This document shows positions 1-9,514 of a stretch of DNA of 64,000 nucleotides, one piece after another; position 1 is the first letter of the stretch; the number at the start of each line of letters is the position of its first letter. The notes beneath the pieces were generated by a model. It worked only from the letters and a program-made list of their open reading frames with translations. It made no database searches and was not told the DNA's origin. Source of the stretch: a virus; the IMG/VR virus record IMGVR_UViG_3300027969_000047. One strand, given 5' to 3'. The position numbers and the translations under genes are program-made.

Positions 1-59
1 ATCGTATGCCTTAGCCGCATATAATATAAAATTATCTTTATTCAGATTTTTAAAAGACA

Positions 60-452
60 TTATTCTTCTTCGTAGTCCTCCCCACCAATTGACATAATTT
101 CTTCCAATTCATCTTCATCAATAATTTCAGAATAGAATTCATAATAACCGTCATCAGTGAGGCCATAGTTAATATACAAAAAGTAATCCGTTCCTTCGAT
201 TGAAACTACTTCTTCAAATTCATAATCCTCGTCAGGCATTTCAGCTTCTATTGAAAAAGAGAAGTCTGCACCATATCGTGATAGAATGCTTCGAAGCATT
301 TCAAGTCCAGCTTCGGCAGATAAAAATTGTTTATCTAAGTCCATAAGACCTTGATTGATATCTGCACGAACCATAGGATCGTTTACATCGACTGAGACTT
401 GAAGACTAGCGTCATTCAACTCTTCAGCCAAATAGTCAGCAAACTTTTTCAT
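60..452 (-). CDS. Acidic hypothetical protein with capsid-targeting-like N-terminus
   Basis: 130 aa ORF; MKKFADYLAEE resembles the T4 internal-protein leader MKTYQEFIAE; coupled to the upstream ORF by a TAATG overlap. Confidence 0.6.
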   Translation of the reverse strand: MKKFADYLAEELNDASLQVSVDVNDPMVRADINQGLMDLDKQFLSAEAGLEMLRSILSRYGADFSFSIEAEMPDEDYEFEEVVSIEGTDYFLYINYGLTDDGYYEFYSEIIDEDELEEIMSIGGEDYEEE

Positions 453-805
453 TAGCCTGCTGTATCTTGGAAGATTACATCATCGTTAGCAGATGCGGAA
501 CCGTCACCAGTCATCGAACCCATCGCTACCAAAACTTCAGTTTGGACACGACCAACACGATTGCCAGTACCAGCTTTACGCAAAACCCAACCAGCGTGAG
601 CAGGTTTACTCGCTTTACTTGCGGCTGATGTATTTGCTACCTCATTTGTATCGACACCAAATATTCCAACATTAGCACCAGTTACGAATGCGCTTGTTTG
701 AGTATTAGCATACAATGTTCTTCCGTTTGCGGAAACGCCTAAACCACCTGCTCCACCCCATTTTGGTGCGCTTGTGTTTGCGTCTGTATTTGACCATAAA
801 GCCAT
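452..805 (-). CDS. Small putative virion structural protein
   Basis: 117 aa, Gly/Ala/Asn/Thr-rich, MALWSN start; AAGGAG RBS upstream; late region. Confidence 0.55.
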   Translation of the reverse strand: MALWSNTDANTSAPKWGGAGGLGVSANGRTLYANTQTSAFVTGANVGIFGVDTNEVANTSAASKASKPAHAGWVLRKAGTGNRVGRVQTEVLVAMGSMTGDGSASANDDVIFQDTAG

Positions 806-815
806 TTTTTTCTCC

Positions 816-1322
816 TTAGTGAAAACCTAGTTCTCTTAATTTTAATAATGAAACCCTTGCGCTAACATGGTGAATGCCGATACCATCAGCACTGTCAAAT
901 TCTTTGATGTTCTTGATATAATCGTCAATCAAAATATTCTTCTTGTCACCATCTTTAGTGTAATCTTGTTTTTCTTCTCTTTTAACTGCATGAAAACGAT
1001 CCATCGGAAGATTTAAGTATTTCTTTACCCACAACTTTTTACCTTCAATCGATGATTGATCCCATTCAGCATATGCAGTTAGAATGTGTGCATCATATTT
1101 ATCTATAACTTTCCACAATGTTTTAAAATCTTTCATTGGTGGCAAGTCAGCCCAGAAATTATCATGGCTCGCTATTTTTGCTTTACGAGCAATCTTATCT
1201 TTTTTATCATTGTATGGTGCATCGAAATGGTGTCCTAGAACTTTCTCAGCGCCTGCCAAGAAGTCAACTAAGACACCATCCATATCACAATATATGATAC
1301 CTATATCTTCTTTGTTTTTCAT
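816..1322 (-). CDS. HAD-family 5'(3')-deoxyribonucleotidase-like phosphatase
   Basis: YCDMDGVL (motif I), ILTA (II), K (III), LIDD (IV). Confidence 0.8.
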   Translation of the reverse strand: MKNKEDIGIIYCDMDGVLVDFLAGAEKVLGHHFDAPYNDKKDKIARKAKIASHDNFWADLPPMKDFKTLWKVIDKYDAHILTAYAEWDQSSIEGKKLWVKKYLNLPMDRFHAVKREEKQDYTKDGDKKNILIDDYIKNIKEFDSADGIGIHHVSARVSLLKLRELGFH

Positions 1323-3028
1323 TGTTTATCATTAACTAATGATGTCATTTGAGGTTCGGCTTCGAATTTGTCACCTTTACCACCTATAGCATCTTTTTTC
1401 TCTTCTTTTTTACCTTTTTTTTCCATACGGTCTTTTGCATCTTTCAATGCTTCACGAACAATAGCCTTCTTGCGAGATTCTTGAATGTTATCGATTGCTT
1501 CGGATGCTTGCACTTCTTCGCCATCAAGAACTTCTACAGATTCTTTGACATGACCATATTTCTTTTTGTACCAATCAGGCATACCATTCTTCTGACGGAA
1601 GTAACGAACAGTTGCAGAATCATTTGCTTGGTCACGATACTTATTCTCAGCATCTGTATTGTGTGACTTCATTGCATCGGCTGCCTTGTGTGCATCTTTT
1701 GCAATGTAAACTAATTCAGCATCAGTCTTTTTATGATAATCATGTCCTTCTAAAGGATGTCTTTGTGATGGGCGACCTTCTTCAAGAGTTTCATTCATAT
1801 TCTTTTTTGTATTATTATTCGACACAGCTTGTGGGCGTGACAATGATTTTTGAATAATTTTTAATGCATCACTGGATACTTTTTTAGCAGTTGTTGGTTT
1901 TGCTATTTTTTCTGGTCCGGGCATTGGTGGACCATCACGGCCACCACTAGGTTCACTTTTGTCCATTTCCATCACCCCTTCTTTTTTCATTGCAGGTACA
2001 CCTTCTCCAGGAACACAATTTGGTACTTTTTTACCATTCTTGTCTTTCATACCAACCATTTTGTAACCTGTCCAGCATGGGTCAGCATCTTCTTTTTTCA
2101 AGTCATTTGCAAATTGTTTCTTTGTTGCTTTTACAATACCAGAAAAACGACTATCTGCTTTTTTATAGTTACCTGCTTTATCTAACTCAGATGCTTGTTT
2201 GCTTGCACCAGTCTTGTAGCGACCAAGTAAATCGGTAGACAATTCATCAACTTGTTCAACTTCTTCTTTTCTCAATTCGCTTGCAGTTTTCTTGTGAGTA
2301 ATCACACCATACTTATCTTTAACTTTAACATGTATAGTATCGCCTTCAACTTTGTGTACTGTTCCAACTTTTTTCATAGTCTTTCCAGGAATTGCTTTCA
2401 TCGGATGGTCAAAGTTAACTTTGTCTCCAACTTGCATTTCTTCATCCATACGACCATTTGATGATAATCTTTCCTTGCGTCTTTGAGCGGCAAAGTCTGC
2501 ACCTTGTGGTAGTTTCTTTTTAGTTTGAGCATCATCATAAGCCTTATCAGTCTTCACATTGTGTTCTTTGCCACCAGCACCAATATCAGCAACACGGAAG
2601 CCAATTGGTTTATTGGTTTTAATCACAACAGCCTCATCAACTTCACTCAGCATATAATTAGCGACTGTTGAAATATAATCTTCTGCAAGAGTAATTTTTG
2701 ACTGTACCCATTCAGGAAGATTATCATTATCTTCTAACATATCATGCACTCTTTGAGCATTACTAATGACGCTTTGTAATTGACCACGAGCCATGTCACC
2801 TTCGTAATCATACTCAGTCTTTTCTTTAGCTTCGGCAGTAATTTCTACAGATTCTTCAGTGGTCTGCATGGCTCTTTTCTTAGCATGGTCAATTTGCTGT
2901 TGCCATTCTATTTCTCCAACAGCACCATGCTCTTCATCATCAGTTGAGCCTTTAGGACCCTTATCATGTTTAGGGTCTAACTTTGCAAACTTTATAGATG
3001 AAATGAATGATGATAATTTCTTAGCCAT
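1319..3028 (-). CDS. Large charged modular protein, probable internal head (poly)protein
   Basis: 569 aa K/E-rich; modules (EYDYEGDMA..., PCWTGYKMVGMK...VPNCVP, DELSTDLLGRY) separated by hydrophobic-x-E sites. Confidence 0.6.
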   Translation of the reverse strand: MAKKLSSFISSIKFAKLDPKHDKGPKGSTDDEEHGAVGEIEWQQQIDHAKKRAMQTTEESVEITAEAKEKTEYDYEGDMARGQLQSVISNAQRVHDMLEDNDNLPEWVQSKITLAEDYISTVANYMLSEVDEAVVIKTNKPIGFRVADIGAGGKEHNVKTDKAYDDAQTKKKLPQGADFAAQRRKERLSSNGRMDEEMQVGDKVNFDHPMKAIPGKTMKKVGTVHKVEGDTIHVKVKDKYGVITHKKTASELRKEEVEQVDELSTDLLGRYKTGASKQASELDKAGNYKKADSRFSGIVKATKKQFANDLKKEDADPCWTGYKMVGMKDKNGKKVPNCVPGEGVPAMKKEGVMEMDKSEPSGGRDGPPMPGPEKIAKPTTAKKVSSDALKIIQKSLSRPQAVSNNNTKKNMNETLEEGRPSQRHPLEGHDYHKKTDAELVYIAKDAHKAADAMKSHNTDAENKYRDQANDSATVRYFRQKNGMPDWYKKKYGHVKESVEVLDGEEVQASEAIDNIQESRKKAIVREALKDAKDRMEKKGKKEEKKDAIGGKGDKFEAEPQMTSLVNDKQ

Positions 3029-3030
3029 GA

Positions 3031-3927
3031 TTAATCCTTCATTGCTTGCTTGGTTGCTGTTGCATACATCACTGATTTAGCACGGTCACCATAACGCTCT
3101 TTGAAACCTGCCATACCTTTTTTCATGCCTTTTACAATGTCTTCACGCTTGTTCTTTTCATCATCAGTCATTTCGGCTTCACCGATAGTAGACATTTTTA
3201 CACCATTGATAGCATTGATATCCATGTCTTCTTTTTTCATTGTAGGCTTTGTCATCTTAGCATGTTTACGAACAGCGTGTTCTGGACCATCTGCCCAAAC
3301 ATGATGAGGTTCATCTTTCTCACCTCTTTCTGGATTATGTTTAACTGCTTTGCCATTCTTAACAGCATAACGGTCTTGATAACCAGTATCATCTTCTGCA
3401 ATCGCTTCAACTTCTTCTTGCTGTACTGCATCGACTTTAGCTTTAGCAACTTCAGCTTTTTTCTTACCTGTAGATTTAGATTGTGTGTCATCTAATTCTG
3501 CTTTGAATTCATCATTGGTAGATTCTTCAGCAATTGCTTTCTCTTCAATAGCTTCAAACAATGATTTTAGACCAGCAGACTTATATGTCTCAAGCATTTC
3601 GGAGAAAGGCTTTTTCTTTGTTTTTGCCATTGGCTTTTCTTTAACTTCTGGCTCATCTTTTTGATTACTACCACCATAGCGAGTACCTTTTTTGACACCG
3701 CTACCGCCACTTGGCTGTGGACCAGACTTAGCTTTAACAGCCTTCATCATATCATCCCAACCTTCTTCAACTTCATTGTCTTCTTTACGAAGTTTGGCTA
3801 AATCTTCACCATCAATTTTATTGTTCTTGTTGAGGTCTATCTTTTTTTGTTTTGCTGTCAATTCTTCAGCCTTCATTTTTATGTAAGCATTAGAAACGCT
3901 CTTTGTGATTGGATCATTCGTATGCAT
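3031..3927 (-). CDS. Charged hypothetical protein, probable internal head protein with EF-hand-like loop
   Basis: 298 aa; DLNKNNKIDGED loop; AGGAG RBS. Confidence 0.6.
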   Translation of the reverse strand: MHTNDPITKSVSNAYIKMKAEELTAKQKKIDLNKNNKIDGEDLAKLRKEDNEVEEGWDDMMKAVKAKSGPQPSGGSGVKKGTRYGGSNQKDEPEVKEKPMAKTKKKPFSEMLETYKSAGLKSLFEAIEEKAIAEESTNDEFKAELDDTQSKSTGKKKAEVAKAKVDAVQQEEVEAIAEDDTGYQDRYAVKNGKAVKHNPERGEKDEPHHVWADGPEHAVRKHAKMTKPTMKKEDMDINAINGVKMSTIGEAEMTDDEKNKREDIVKGMKKGMAGFKERYGDRAKSVMYATATKQAMKD

Positions 3928-3942
3928 TTGGGGTTCTCCTAT

Positions 3943-4209
3943 TTAATTTTTATAAGCTATTGAAACTGCTCTAACATCTGTACCTGCATTAACTAATAAT
4001 GCGTGGTCTCTATCTTTTTCTATAATCATTTCTGAATTGTTCAGAATTGTTATATTTGCAATATTGGCACCAGTACTATCTTGAATTGTAATCACATGTT
4101 CTTGTGAGCCAATATGAACAAGTCTAACCACAACTGCATTGTTAACTGTTGTATTTGCAGTTGATGATAGAACAACTTCAGTTCCTAATGTTCTGATTAA
4201 CAATTCCAT
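3943..4209 (-). CDS. Small beta-rich hypothetical (possible head decoration) protein
   Basis: 88 aa ORF, GAGGAG upstream, packed in the operon. Confidence 0.55.
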   Translation of the reverse strand: MELLIRTLGTEVVLSSTANTTVNNAVVVRLVHIGSQEHVITIQDSTGANIANITILNNSEMIIEKDRDHALLVNAGTDVRAVSIAYKN

Positions 4210-4478
4210 CTCCTCAGGGCTTTGTTAATTGGTGAATCGGGGTCTCTCGCATTCTCAGGATTAGTCAATCTCTTTTTCATGCCACCCATTCTACGACAAA
4301 ACGCTAGACGGCGGTCTGCTCTTTTACCTTTTGGGTCTTTTTCAGTCACAGCAGTTTTTAATTTTGAACCAGGATTTTCACTACGATATGCGTTGACTGC
4401 TTTCTGAGAAAGCCCATCAGTCTTATCTTTACGATTGACATCCTGCCAATCTTCTGTAAATGTTTTAAATGATTTCAT
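4197..4478 (-). CDS. Conserved-type T4-like hypothetical basic protein with capsid-targeting-like N-terminus
   Basis: 93 aa; MKSFKTFTE leader; ends FCRRMGG...ALRRWNC. Confidence 0.7.
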   Translation of the reverse strand: MKSFKTFTEDWQDVNRKDKTDGLSQKAVNAYRSENPGSKLKTAVTEKDPKGKRADRRLAFCRRMGGMKKRLTNPENARDPDSPINKALRRWNC

Positions 4479-6934
4479 TTTGGTATCAACTCAGGATATT
4501 TTTTATACATGTCTTCTTTTGATAACTCATGCATATCAGCCCACACCTTAGCTTCTTTTTTTGTTTTTGTGGTTCTGATATGATTACCTTTTTCATCATG
4601 CACATTATATTCAACATCAGCAGTTGTTCTACCTCTAAAACTTTCTTTCTTAGTTATAGAGGCTTTCTTTTCTTCTGTCACCCTACCCAATGAATCGTAT
4701 TTACTACTAGCAGTTCCTAATGGTGGCGTGATTAATTCTTTACCTTCAAACTCATCGTCAATATTGATTGGAGAGTTATGAAGTTTTTTCTTTATTTCTT
4801 TGAGCGAGAGGGTGCCGGCTTTGCGATTACTTTTTTCGCCGCTGGCTTCTTTGGCGTAGATTGTTGTTTCTTCGCTGGCGCTTTCTTCGGCGTGGTTGGC
4901 TTCGCAACCACAGTGTTCTCTAAGTTCACGGGTAGTTCTTGGACCGGTGCTGGTTCGACTGCTGGTGTCTGTACTACTTCCGGCTCTGGTTTCTTCTTGA
5001 ATAAGGCGGCTATTGCTTTGAACATGTGGATTCTCCTCTTTTATTTTTTGTGTCAACTTCTCTTTGATTGATGATAGCATCAATGGCTCTGCACTGCTAC
5101 CATAAATTTCAATTTGTTTACCAAGCATCAACATTTTGGTTGATGAGTTATCTGAAAATTCAAAACTCTCACCAATAAGTTCACTGAAACTTGTATCGAT
5201 ATCTTCTTTTCTGATACCTTTTTCTGCCGCTTTCAATTTATTGAGCGTAGATGATTTCTTTGCTTTGTCTAAACGACCTTTGAGTTCTGGACTCATTTCA
5301 GGTTTTGTAATATCTGCAACTGATTTTAATTTTGGTGCCGTAGGTTGTTTAGCATGTGCCGGTTTAGATGCACCTAAAGAACCTGACTGAGTTGGTATAT
5401 TTGGTGATGGTGTTGGTTGATTTTTATCGATAGCAACCAATTCATCATTAACTGAATGATGTGTTATTTGCCTATCTTTACCATAACGACCAAATCCATA
5501 GTAAGTCAGACCAAGTTTAGATGCTTGCTCACCTGCACCAGAACCTTTACGAACAGGTTTAGCTTCAAGATTTTTATCGACCGTCTTATCTTTACGAACA
5601 AGTTCAGTTGAAATCCATGACTTAGCAATATCTGATTTAGGTGCGGCCGATGTAAATTTTCTTACATTCTTGAAGATACCATCAAGTTCTTGTGTTTTCT
5701 TATGAACAACTTCGGGTGATGCATTTCGTAAATCTTCTGAGTTATCATAGTGAAAGAAATTGTTTTGACCAAATAGTTTTTGTAATTCGGGTCTTGCTTT
5801 CTGTGCAGACATCCATTTATCTTTACGAATGTCTTCTGGTACTTCACGACCACCTCTTTGACCTCTTTCAATATTTCTTTGACGAGACACTTCATCAGCA
5901 GTATCAACAAAAACCATTTGAGTCTCATAACCCAAATCTTCAAGTTCTTTTTTGATACGCTTTGTCTTTTCAATATCGTCAGCAGTACCATTGATGATTA
6001 GACCATTGCGACCATTGAGTGCAAGGCGCTGTCTTAATTCTGTAACTGACTTAGCAGTACCACGAATCTCATCTCTCTGTGCTTTTTCTGAATCAGGCAT
6101 CTTTTTATTCAGACGCTTTTTGTCCATCAAGAATTCAAAAGCATTGTCAGAATTGATTTCAGTTAGACCATTCCCAGCAAGAGTTTTACCCATCACAAAA
6201 TCTTTGCCTGAACCAGGACCACCTGCTAAGAAAATTGCTTTGAAGATACCTGAATCGTGAACACCTTCAACAAGAAGATTCTCAAAAAGAATGTCCATTG
6301 TAATCTCAACAGATTCTTTCACTTCACCGATGTACTTGTCTAAAAGACTCTTCACTTTCTCAGGACTTTTTGCATGTGGATATAATTGACTTATCATTTG
6401 TCTCTTTGCCTTATCATCCGCTTTGGCATACATCTCTCTGACTTGTGAACCTGAGTAGACTTCTTTGCCATTTAATTGGAATACTTTTTTCTTTGTAACG
6501 AATATGTATCCATGCCCAGTCTTCTCATCAAAAGGCTTGCATTCTTTAATTGATTTGTATGGTTGATAGTATGCCTTTGAACCATCTTTCTTTGTGTAGT
6601 TCACAGGGTCTCGCTCACTACGAACCAAGATAAGAATATCTTTCTTTGGGTTGTACTGCGCTAGAATTTCTTTGGGATTGACAGGTTGAATAACCTGCAC
6701 GAATTTATCTGTAACGCCTGCTTGTTGCGCTAAGAATTGTTTGTCTTTGAATGGAATAGGTCTTTGCTTTGTGTCGTTACTTGAGGCGACATAGAAATCA
6801 GCACTTGGGAAAGCACTTTTCGCTTGTTCGTAACTGCTCATATGACCTGCATGGAAAGGCTGAAAGCCTCCACCATACACGACAATGACCTTGGATTGAC
6901 TTTTGGCTTCCGCCAAAAACTTGCTAAATTTCAT
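4475..6934 (-). CDS. HxGH cytidylyltransferase/NMNAT-like domain fused to P-loop (zeta-toxin/PNK-like) kinase, with capsid-targeting-like leader
   Basis: GGGFQPFHAGH and YSGSQVRE nucleotidyltransferase motifs; Walker A GGPGSGKD; MKFSKFLAE start; late box upstream. Confidence 0.8.
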   Translation of the reverse strand: MKFSKFLAEAKSQSKVIVVYGGGFQPFHAGHMSSYEQAKSAFPSADFYVASSNDTKQRPIPFKDKQFLAQQAGVTDKFVQVIQPVNPKEILAQYNPKKDILILVRSERDPVNYTKKDGSKAYYQPYKSIKECKPFDEKTGHGYIFVTKKKVFQLNGKEVYSGSQVREMYAKADDKAKRQMISQLYPHAKSPEKVKSLLDKYIGEVKESVEITMDILFENLLVEGVHDSGIFKAIFLAGGPGSGKDFVMGKTLAGNGLTEINSDNAFEFLMDKKRLNKKMPDSEKAQRDEIRGTAKSVTELRQRLALNGRNGLIINGTADDIEKTKRIKKELEDLGYETQMVFVDTADEVSRQRNIERGQRGGREVPEDIRKDKWMSAQKARPELQKLFGQNNFFHYDNSEDLRNASPEVVHKKTQELDGIFKNVRKFTSAAPKSDIAKSWISTELVRKDKTVDKNLEAKPVRKGSGAGEQASKLGLTYYGFGRYGKDRQITHHSVNDELVAIDKNQPTPSPNIPTQSGSLGASKPAHAKQPTAPKLKSVADITKPEMSPELKGRLDKAKKSSTLNKLKAAEKGIRKEDIDTSFSELIGESFEFSDNSSTKMLMLGKQIEIYGSSAEPLMLSSIKEKLTQKIKEENPHVQSNSRLIQEETRAGSSTDTSSRTSTGPRTTRELREHCGCEANHAEESASEETTIYAKEASGEKSNRKAGTLSLKEIKKKLHNSPINIDDEFEGKELITPPLGTASSKYDSLGRVTEEKKASITKKESFRGRTTADVEYNVHDEKGNHIRTTKTKKEAKVWADMHELSKEDMYKKYPELIPK
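4792..5025 (-). CDS. Nested alternate-frame Pro/Ala/Lys-rich 77-aa protein
   Basis: AGAGGAG 7 nt before the ATG; protein-like composition (PKKAPAKK, PKKPAAKK); lies entirely inside 4475..6934 in another frame. Confidence 0.6.
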   Translation of the reverse strand: MFKAIAALFKKKPEPEVVQTPAVEPAPVQELPVNLENTVVAKPTTPKKAPAKKQQSTPKKPAAKKVIAKPAPSRSKK

Positions 6935-6968
6935 TTTGCCTCTACAGCAAACAGTTAAAGAATACTGT

Positions 6969-6976
6969 TATTTATA
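6969..6976 (-). promoter_or_regulatory. T4-type late promoter TATAAATA
   Basis: Exact box upstream of the 819-aa gene; gp55 is encoded in the window. Confidence 0.8.
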
Positions 6977-7439
6977 ATTCTGCCATAGTGGGGTCTTTCA
7001 GCAACTCAGGAAAATCAGTACAAATGCCTAAGAAACTCATTTTAAGAACTTCATCAGGTAAGAAATGATGTTCTGGCATCACACCTATAGACAATGGTCC
7101 TACTGGCATTTGACCTGGATAAGCCCACACATATCCCCATGAAGTCATGGTGTAATCATCTTTATCATGGAAGAATGTGTGTAGGTTATGTTTCAGACAA
7201 TATTCAAACGCTTCTCTATTTTTAGCATGAATCCAAAGAAGAGTTCTTCTACTCTGAAGCCAATCTAAATCGATATCATATTGTGGACCATCGTGGCCGA
7301 GATAGATTACATCTCCAACAAGTCTCAAATCTATCTCAACAGAAAAACCTTTTGCTATCGCCTCATCAATGAATGATGGAGAATTCTCTCTGGTCTCATC
7401 AGGACCAAAGCGATTGCCACGATGGGAGATAAACATCAT
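6972..7439 (-). CDS. GDPD/PLC-like phosphodiesterase-fold protein
   Basis: ISHRGN, EN, VEIDLR, LGHD, WIHAKN motifs; start set at the ATGA overlap. Confidence 0.75.
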   Translation of the reverse strand: MMFISHRGNRFGPDETRENSPSFIDEAIAKGFSVEIDLRLVGDVIYLGHDGPQYDIDLDWLQSRRTLLWIHAKNREAFEYCLKHNLHTFFHDKDDYTMTSWGYVWAYPGQMPVGPLSIGVMPEHHFLPDEVLKMSFLGICTDFPELLKDPTMAEL

Positions 7440-8128
7440 TTTTGCACCTGAACCCAAATCCATTGTGGATGCTCATCATGGCAAGTACCAGTCAATGTGT
7501 GTGAGAAGTTTTTGAATCCTACACTACAAACATCAGTCTGTAATGCATTTACATCTTCAACTCTTGTATCTTTGTTATGTACTTCACTAAACGAACCATA
7601 GTCGCTTTGAAAGTAATCAACAGACCTTGGATGTCCTGAACCAAATCCCATTTGAAAACAGAAACTACCGCCTGGTTTCAATGCACGGAAAAACTCTTTG
7701 TAGAGATTGATACGAACATTTCGTGATGTGATATGTTGCATACAGATAACACTGAAGATAACATCATATGTTTCATCTGCAATCATTGGAATAGATTTAC
7801 CATCATTAGCCCAAAGATTTGGGATTGCAATACCAGCATCTTCAAGATTGATTTTTGCTTTATCAATACAGTCAGGTGCAATGTCGCAACCATCAACTCT
7901 ATCAAACCAATCTTTAAAACGAATCATGTTACGACCAGGACCGCAACCATATTCAAATGCTAACTTGCCTTTTGTATCAAGACCTCTGAACAACTCAGTC
8001 TCATATTCTTTGAATGCTTGATGTTCGTGATACCATCCAACTACAGGATTCTTATTCTGTAATGACCAACCACCAGAAATGTGATTCCAAAAGTTGGATT
8101 GATTTTGTAAAAACTCTTCTTCTTTCAT
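7436..8128 (-). CDS. Class I SAM-dependent methyltransferase
   Basis: FEYGCGPGRN, YDVIFS, LKPGG motifs. Confidence 0.85.
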   Translation of the reverse strand: MKEEEFLQNQSNFWNHISGGWSLQNKNPVVGWYHEHQAFKEYETELFRGLDTKGKLAFEYGCGPGRNMIRFKDWFDRVDGCDIAPDCIDKAKINLEDAGIAIPNLWANDGKSIPMIADETYDVIFSVICMQHITSRNVRINLYKEFFRALKPGGSFCFQMGFGSGHPRSVDYFQSDYGSFSEVHNKDTRVEDVNALQTDVCSVGFKNFSHTLTGTCHDEHPQWIWVQVQK

Positions 8129-8129
8129 A

Positions 8130-8915
8130 TTAACCTCTCAAATATTTTGTTGTGAACCATGGATACCAATCAATCTCAGGGAATGCTGGCGGTGTCATAT
8201 AATTGATAATCGGACCGATACCATTTATTCCGTTGCCAGGAGTCTGCCACTTTGCTTTAAAGTGTGCTTGAGAATGATTGAGAATATAATTTGTATTAAC
8301 GCCAGTAATGTTTTCAATTTCGTGATGTTGATTTACATATGTTTCATCGATTGCTTTAGAACCAATGTCAGTAGCGATTAGACTTCTGATACCAATATCA
8401 TTGTGAACAAAACCCCAATCGTGAGTTTCTGCAATAGACAATTTAGATTTATCATAGAACATGAAACATCTTTTTAGAAAGTCTGCATCGCCACAGTAGC
8501 AACCAAGATATCTTTCATCGAACCAACCCACTGTAGCCAAGACTTTCTTCTTCATGTAAAAGAATGTATCACCAGCAGGTCCCCAAATCAAATCATACTT
8601 ATCACAATCTCTGCGAATCAGGTTTGAAATGTTAGGATGAATAGCAGTATCATCTTGAACAAACATTGCATCATCATTATTTTTGAATGCTTTAATGAAG
8701 ATGTTGTTCCAAGACCTAGCACAATATGAATTAGCCTCAGGGTCTGATAGAGTGTTGTAAGTGACACTCTTAACACGCTTTGCATTTTCTTCGGTCAACC
8801 TAACTTCAGGATGATTAGAAAATATATGAATGTCGTGAGCAGTAGATGCACCGAAAGTGTTAATCTGTCTGTTCAGTGCCTGTGGTCTATTAAATGTCAA
8901 AATCCAAACTTGCAT
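8130..8915 (-). CDS. Glycosyltransferase family 2-like (GT-A)
   Basis: LTFNRP, QDD, VGWFDERY...GDADF motifs. Confidence 0.75.
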   Translation of the reverse strand: MQVWILTFNRPQALNRQINTFGASTAHDIHIFSNHPEVRLTEENAKRVKSVTYNTLSDPEANSYCARSWNNIFIKAFKNNDDAMFVQDDTAIHPNISNLIRRDCDKYDLIWGPAGDTFFYMKKKVLATVGWFDERYLGCYCGDADFLKRCFMFYDKSKLSIAETHDWGFVHNDIGIRSLIATDIGSKAIDETYVNQHHEIENITGVNTNYILNHSQAHFKAKWQTPGNGINGIGPIINYMTPPAFPEIDWYPWFTTKYLRG

Positions 8916-8917
8916 AA

Positions 8918-9514
8918 TTATCTCCAAAATTTCAAATCTACTTCTGTGTCGTGGGCATGCCAATAATCTTCTTCGACTTGAAATCCTTTATCTTGTAACC
9001 AAGACTTCACATCTTCATAGTGATTATTAATACCTTCGTAAAGAGGTACTTTATTCGTACACTCACAACGACCTGCTTGCACAATACTTATCTTATCTCC
9101 AAATGACTTCAGAACATTAAAGTCATTTCCTTGTGCATCAATCCATAACATATCTATCTTCTCAATACTTTCTTGTTTGATGAATGTATCCATACGAATG
9201 CATTTGACTTCGTAAGTATTGTGAAATCCTTCTCTGTAGCATTGATAGATACCAGCATCACTGTTAATCAATTCAGGATGCAAATCATAGAGACTACCAA
9301 TACCATTCTCAATATTAGATGAATGAAATGTTCTATTCTCTTCGCTAACATCTACAGCATACTCATACAATTTGACATTCGAATTACTGCCAAACTTTGC
9401 TCTCAATTTTTGAAATAGATTAGGTTCAGGTTCAAATGCGTAGACGATACCTTGTCCTGCAAATCCTTCTGTGTCTGAACCAATGTTCGCACCAACTTCA
9501 ATAGTGATATGCAT
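8918..9514 (-). CDS. FkbM-family methyltransferase
   Basis: EVGANIG, YAFEP, WIDAQGND motifs. Confidence 0.85.
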   Translation of the reverse strand: MHITIEVGANIGSDTEGFAGQGIVYAFEPEPNLFQKLRAKFGSNSNVKLYEYAVDVSEENRTFHSSNIENGIGSLYDLHPELINSDAGIYQCYREGFHNTYEVKCIRMDTFIKQESIEKIDMLWIDAQGNDFNVLKSFGDKISIVQAGRCECTNKVPLYEGINNHYEDVKSWLQDKGFQVEEDYWHAHDTEVDLKFWR

